The notes beneath the pieces were generated by a model. The model was not told the origin of the DNA. It made no database searches and saw nothing but the letters and a program-made list of their open reading frames with translations. The position numbers and the translations under genes were made by a program. This document shows positions 60,339 to 64,000 of a stretch of DNA of 64,000 bases, in pieces. How positions within the stretch are numbered: the stretch's first letter is position 1; each line of letters starts with the position of its first letter. The stretch comes from an uncultured cyanobacterium (GTDB lineage Bacteria > Cyanobacteriota > Cyanobacteriia > Cyanobacteriales > Nostocaceae), in contig CAVUDP010000003.1 in NCBI GenBank assembly GCA_963740315.1, positions 96,001 to 160,000 of the forward strand. The letters are read 5' to 3'.

Positions 60339-61081
60339 CTAAATAAAAACTAAAGGCTTATCTTTATAAGGAGCAAAAGCTTTGGCATCAAACTGATACA
60401 AACTAGCAGGACGACCGGCTCCCCGCGACACTTTAATTCCGGTATCGCACAAAAAACCTAACTTGAGTAAACGAGCGCGGAAATTTGAATAATCGGAAAA
60501 ATTTTCTCCTAAAACAGTAGTATAAAACTGATATAAATCGTTCAAAGTAAACTTGTTTGGTAACACATCAAAAGCTACAGGAGAATACTCTAATTTATTT
60601 CGCAAACGTTTATGTCCGTATGAAATAATTTGATTATGGTCAAAAGCTAATGGTGGTATTTCCTTTACCGGATACCAAGCGACATCGGTAACGCCATCAG
60701 TAATTAATTTTGCTTCCTCAAATCGCACTAATGCAAAATAACTTACCGATAGATAACGCACGCCATAGCTATCCTTGGCTTCCCTGGGGTCGCGTTGAGG
60801 ACCGCCGAAAGTATATAATTGCTCTAAGTAAAGGTTTTCTACACAAATTTTCTCTGCCATAATTCGATAGGCGGCATCTTCCAAAGACTCACCTTCACGA
60901 ACTAAAGTACCCGGAGATCCCAATTATTTGCAAATGGTTCTTGCTGTCGCATTATTAATAGAACCATTAGCCTATTTTTGGCAATATCAACAGAAAAAAT
61001 AACATTGTCAACACCAACTTTGAAATCAGCTAAGGGCTGTTGGTTTAATGTAGGTATTTCGTTTTGGTTGAGTCGTGGCAT
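60339..61081 (-). pseudogene. nrtR: NrtR (Nudix + wHTH) regulator with a 1-nt deletion
   Basis: ATG 61081 frame LADFKVGVDNVIFSVD...EPFANNW shifts at about 60912-60916 to PGTLVREGESLE...RDPR...SNFR...GRPASLY. Length 743 = 3n+2. Confidence 0.85.
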
Positions 61082-61641
61082 TCGTATAAATGCTTTTGAT
61101 TAATATATGCAGCTACAGAGGGTGTTAAGGTTTGTGTATCGCCATGTTCGCGATACGCTGTTGAAGAAACATCTAATCCAGTCAAGTTCGCAACGTTAAT
61201 TCTTCCTCCCATTTCGGTTATTTTTTCCAAACTACTTTTATCTATGGCATATCCCGGTCTTGGTATCACTAAAACCGATGCTTCTTGCAATAAATCTTCA
61301 ATTCGATACCAACCTTGAAATTGTTCCAGTAGATCGGAACCAATTATTAAAAAAAATTCGGTATCTTTGCTCCAGCGTTGTTTGGCATTTTCTATAGTAT
61401 TAACAGTTCTTGAATGACTTAATTCCTGTTCTAAGCTGACATTTTTTCTAGCTGGATTAATATCGGCAATTAGCAATCGCAGCATTTCGACGCGATTTTC
61501 TAAAGATGTTTGATGAGATTTAAAAGGATTATCCGCCGCCCAAACTGCTACGCGATCGTAATTATGAGATAACCAAACTAGAACCGCTTGATGTCCGGCT
61601 GTTGGAGGATCTGCACTTGTACCAAATAATGCAATTTTCAT
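61045..61641 (-). CDS. nadD: Nicotinate-nucleotide adenylyltransferase
   Basis: ALFGTSADPPTAGH, NPFK, IIGSD, VSSTAYR. Confidence 0.92.
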   Translation of the reverse strand: MKIALFGTSADPPTAGHQAVLVWLSHNYDRVAVWAADNPFKSHQTSLENRVEMLRLLIADINPARKNVSLEQELSHSRTVNTIENAKQRWSKDTEFFLIIGSDLLEQFQGWYRIEDLLQEASVLVIPRPGYAIDKSSLEKITEMGGRINVANLTGLDVSSTAYREHGDTQTLTPSVAAYINQKHLYECHDSTKTKYLH

Positions 61642-61643
61642 TA

Positions 61644-63008
61644 TTACTTTTTAGTTGTTTGAGTCAATGTTTGTAATTTGGGAGAAATTTCTATTAACAT
61701 TGATTGAGAAGAATTTATATTTTTAATCTCGGCAGGTAAACTAGCTACGGAAGCGGCGGTTCGCTCTTTTATGGTTTTGATAATACAAGGCGGTTCTAAG
61801 CGTTTACCATCTTTCATAAATAACTTTAATAAAGGCTGTTTGTTTGGATGATTTTCCGAAACTAATCCTAAAGTATCTGCTTTTAATTTACCTTCTAAAA
61901 ACTCGCGAAAAATTTGTTTTCTTCCTGGATAACTTACCTTCCCGCTTGACTGTTTCATCACCGGAATACCGTCAATTTCTACAAGTTTGTATACTCCATT
62001 TACCGGCTTTCCCGTCACCAACCGCGTTCCCATTCCGTAACCATCAATTTGAGCATTATTTTCTTTTAGTCTGGCAATTTCCCATTCGTCTATATCTCCA
62101 CTCGCAAAAATTGATACGTCTGGCAAAATTTCTCTGACTTGTTTTGATAATGCTACCAAATCTCCAGAATCTAATCGAACTCCAGTTAAATTTATTTCTC
62201 CTGCTTTTACCTTAGTTGCTAACTTACGAGCAGCAGCGATTGTATCGTAAGTATCAATTAACAATGGTGCCCCAGGAAAATATTGATGAAATGCTGTAAA
62301 AGCCTCGTCTTCACTACCTTCTAATGCGCCGAGTGCCATAACTAATGCGTGAGCCATAGTACCACTCGGTTTTTCCCTAAGCTGTAGCGCTGCTAACACA
62401 TTCGATGTCGCATCTAATCCCCCTGCTAAAGCCGCCCGTGCCGCCCACAGCGATGCTTGAGGACTGAATGCTCGTCTCGTACCAAATTCCAAAAGTGTTA
62501 TTTCTTTACCCGCAACATCACGCGATCGCGCTGCCCGTGTGGCAATCAATGTCTGATAATTTAACGTATTCAGCAAGTAAGTTTCTACTAATTGCGCCTG
62601 CCATAACGGCGCTTCGATTCTTAACAACGGTTCAAAAGCAAATACCACCGTGCCTTCAGCAACCGCCCATACATCCCCCGTAAATTTTCCCGACTCTAAC
62701 AACGTCCAAAACTCAGGAGGAGCCGATTTAAAAATATCAGTTGACTGCAAAGCCTGTATTTGAGCAGAACTAAAGCTGAATTTTTCCAAATAATCCAGCG
62801 CCTGTTCCAATCCCATTGCAATCAAATAACCAAAACCTTCCGGCATCTTTCTGGCAAACAATTCAAAGCTGGCTCTTTTTCGATCTACACCTTCACCCTT
62901 ATAACAAGCCGCCATCGTCAACTGGTAAAGGTCTGTCAGCAAGCTGTAATCTTTACTAGAGAGGTTTAATTCCGATAAAGACCCATATGAGTTAAACAAA
63001 GCTGTCAT
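61644..63008 (-). CDS. pncB: Nicotinate phosphoribosyltransferase
   Basis: LLTDLYQLTM, EFGTRR, GTMAH, LIDTYD, VRLDSGD, VYKLVE. Confidence 0.95.
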   Translation of the reverse strand: MTALFNSYGSLSELNLSSKDYSLLTDLYQLTMAACYKGEGVDRKRASFELFARKMPEGFGYLIAMGLEQALDYLEKFSFSSAQIQALQSTDIFKSAPPEFWTLLESGKFTGDVWAVAEGTVVFAFEPLLRIEAPLWQAQLVETYLLNTLNYQTLIATRAARSRDVAGKEITLLEFGTRRAFSPQASLWAARAALAGGLDATSNVLAALQLREKPSGTMAHALVMALGALEGSEDEAFTAFHQYFPGAPLLIDTYDTIAAARKLATKVKAGEINLTGVRLDSGDLVALSKQVREILPDVSIFASGDIDEWEIARLKENNAQIDGYGMGTRLVTGKPVNGVYKLVEIDGIPVMKQSSGKVSYPGRKQIFREFLEGKLKADTLGLVSENHPNKQPLLKLFMKDGKRLEPPCIIKTIKERTAASVASLPAEIKNINSSQSMLIEISPKLQTLTQTTKK

Positions 63009-63040
63009 TACAAACGCACCTTGGCAAAACCTATTTACAC

Positions 63041-63061
63041 TTATGGTAGTTTTCACCATAA
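63041..63061. promoter_or_regulatory. NrtR operator
   Basis: 21-bp palindrome TTATGGT-N7-ACCATAA upstream of pncB-nadD-nrtR-nadE; fits the GT-N7-AC NrtR consensus. Confidence 0.85.
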
Positions 63062-63138
63062 ATCATGTCAAGTATTGCCAGATGTGAGAGGGGGAAGAGG
63101 GGAGATGGGGAGAGGGGGAGATGGGGAGATGGGGAGAT

Positions 63139-63386
63139 GGGGTTCGGGGGAGTACTTCGACAAGCTCAGTAACCTTTGGGGTTCGGGGGAGTACTTCGAC
63201 AAGCTCAGTAACCTTTGGGGTTCGGGGGAGTACTTCGACAAGCTCAGTAACCTTTGGGGTTCGGGGGAGTACTTCGACAAGCTCAGTAACCTTTGGGGTT
63301 CGGGGGAGTACTTCGACAAGCTCAGTAACCTTTGGGGTTCGGGGGAGTACTTCGACAAGCTCAGTAACCTTTGGGGTTCGGGGGAG
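63139..63386. repeat. Perfect 39-bp tandem repeat x6 (plus a partial unit) inside a GGGGAGA(T/G) array
   Basis: Unit GGGGTTCGGGGGAGTACTTCGACAAGCTCAGTAACCTTT; no spacers. Confidence 0.95.
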
Positions 63387-63413
63387 ATGGGGAGAAGAAT
63401 AACTAGTATTTCA

Positions 63414-63642
63414 TTTCATTAATTCCGACGGGTTAATTTATTTACGAGATCGCGAGACGCTGTCCTAAGAGGACACGCTACGCGTTCACCGGAGGTGCGG
63501 TTAACGCACTACGCAAACCCTTTAAAATTAATTTGGTGGAATATTAGTAGTCTATTTCATTAAATTTGATGGGTTTGTTTTCTCGTAAATGTCGGGAGAC
63601 TATTCTGTGCTACGTCTCTACAACCCGTCGGAACTAATGAAA
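63414..63642. mobile_element. MITE-like element with nested small palindromes
   Basis: TIRs TTTCATTAATTCCGACGGGTT / AACCCGTCGGAACTAATGAAA. Confidence 0.65.
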
Positions 63643-63874
63643 AGGACTACTAACTCCTAACTTTTAACCTTTAACCTTTGACATGCAGACCTTTAACCTT
63701 TTATATTTGTATTAGATACAATCTCAATTTTTCTAAAGCTAAAGTATTGCAAAGGAAGTTGAAGAAAGATTGCGAATATTTTCGATATATTGAAAACTCG
63801 AATTAATTTCTTATATAGGAACTAAAGTAGAAATATCAAACTTTAACAGATTAAAAATAAAAGAGTTTACCTTT

Positions 63875-64000
63875 ATGTTTATTTCCAAAATGCTTTCAAA
63901 TATAGCTCAGTACATTTCTGGAGCGGTAATGCGAATTTTTGGTCCTAATGACGATGCTTATCCTAACAGTGGCGTTCAACCATTTACAGGTGAAGTTTAC
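63875..64000 (+). CDS. Small cyanobacterial hypothetical protein (partial)
   Basis: MFISKMLSNIAQYISGAVMRIFGPNDDAYPNSGVQPFTGEVY..., open to the window edge. Confidence 0.65.
   Translation, partial: MFISKMLSNIAQYISGAVMRIFGPNDDAYPNSGVQPFTGEVY

Noticed and set aside
63139..63386. CRISPR array
   Set aside because: Units are identical and contiguous with no unique spacers, and there are no cas genes in the window.
63021..63422. Repetitive ORFs (133, 96 and 93 aa)
   Set aside because: Artefacts of the 39-bp and 8-bp repeats.

Overview
AT-rich chromosomal segment of a filamentous cyanobacterium, probably heterocyst-forming (Nostocales/Rivulariaceae-like). The assignment rests on frequent HIP1 GCGATCGC octamers, short tandem 7/8-mer repeats, petE and psbV. 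Core genes include petE, psbV, sbp-cysTWA, sir, pncB-nadD-nrtR-nadE with an NrtR operator, an aquaporin-arsH-arsC cluster, uvsE, tRNA-Glu(TTC), sugar ABC permeases, kinases and transporters. A c-di-AMP riboswitch, several toxin-antitoxin pairs and many REP/MITE-like repeats are also present. The most striking structure is at about 20.3-23.0 kb. A TIR-GUN4 gene ends in a ~53-nt segment between conserved flanks, followed by a constant block that is open and terminates in all three frames, then a ~130-nt conserved tail. A second, orphan copy of this 3' module carries a completely different segment and abuts, tail-to-tail, a decayed HUH/Y1 (RAYT-like) transposase gene that the ORF track misses. 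This suggests a Y1-transposase-linked, non-DGR system diversifying GUN4 C-termini (inference). Other oddities: a calmodulin-like/Erv1-type oxidase fusion, an orphan Rpn C-terminal module, an RHH-like tail on sulfite reductase, a shared sulfur-regulon motif, a His-to-Asp sensor kinase and several single-base frameshifts (higB, nrtR, uma2) that could be real or assembly errors. All family assignments are from motif recognition by eye; no searches were run.
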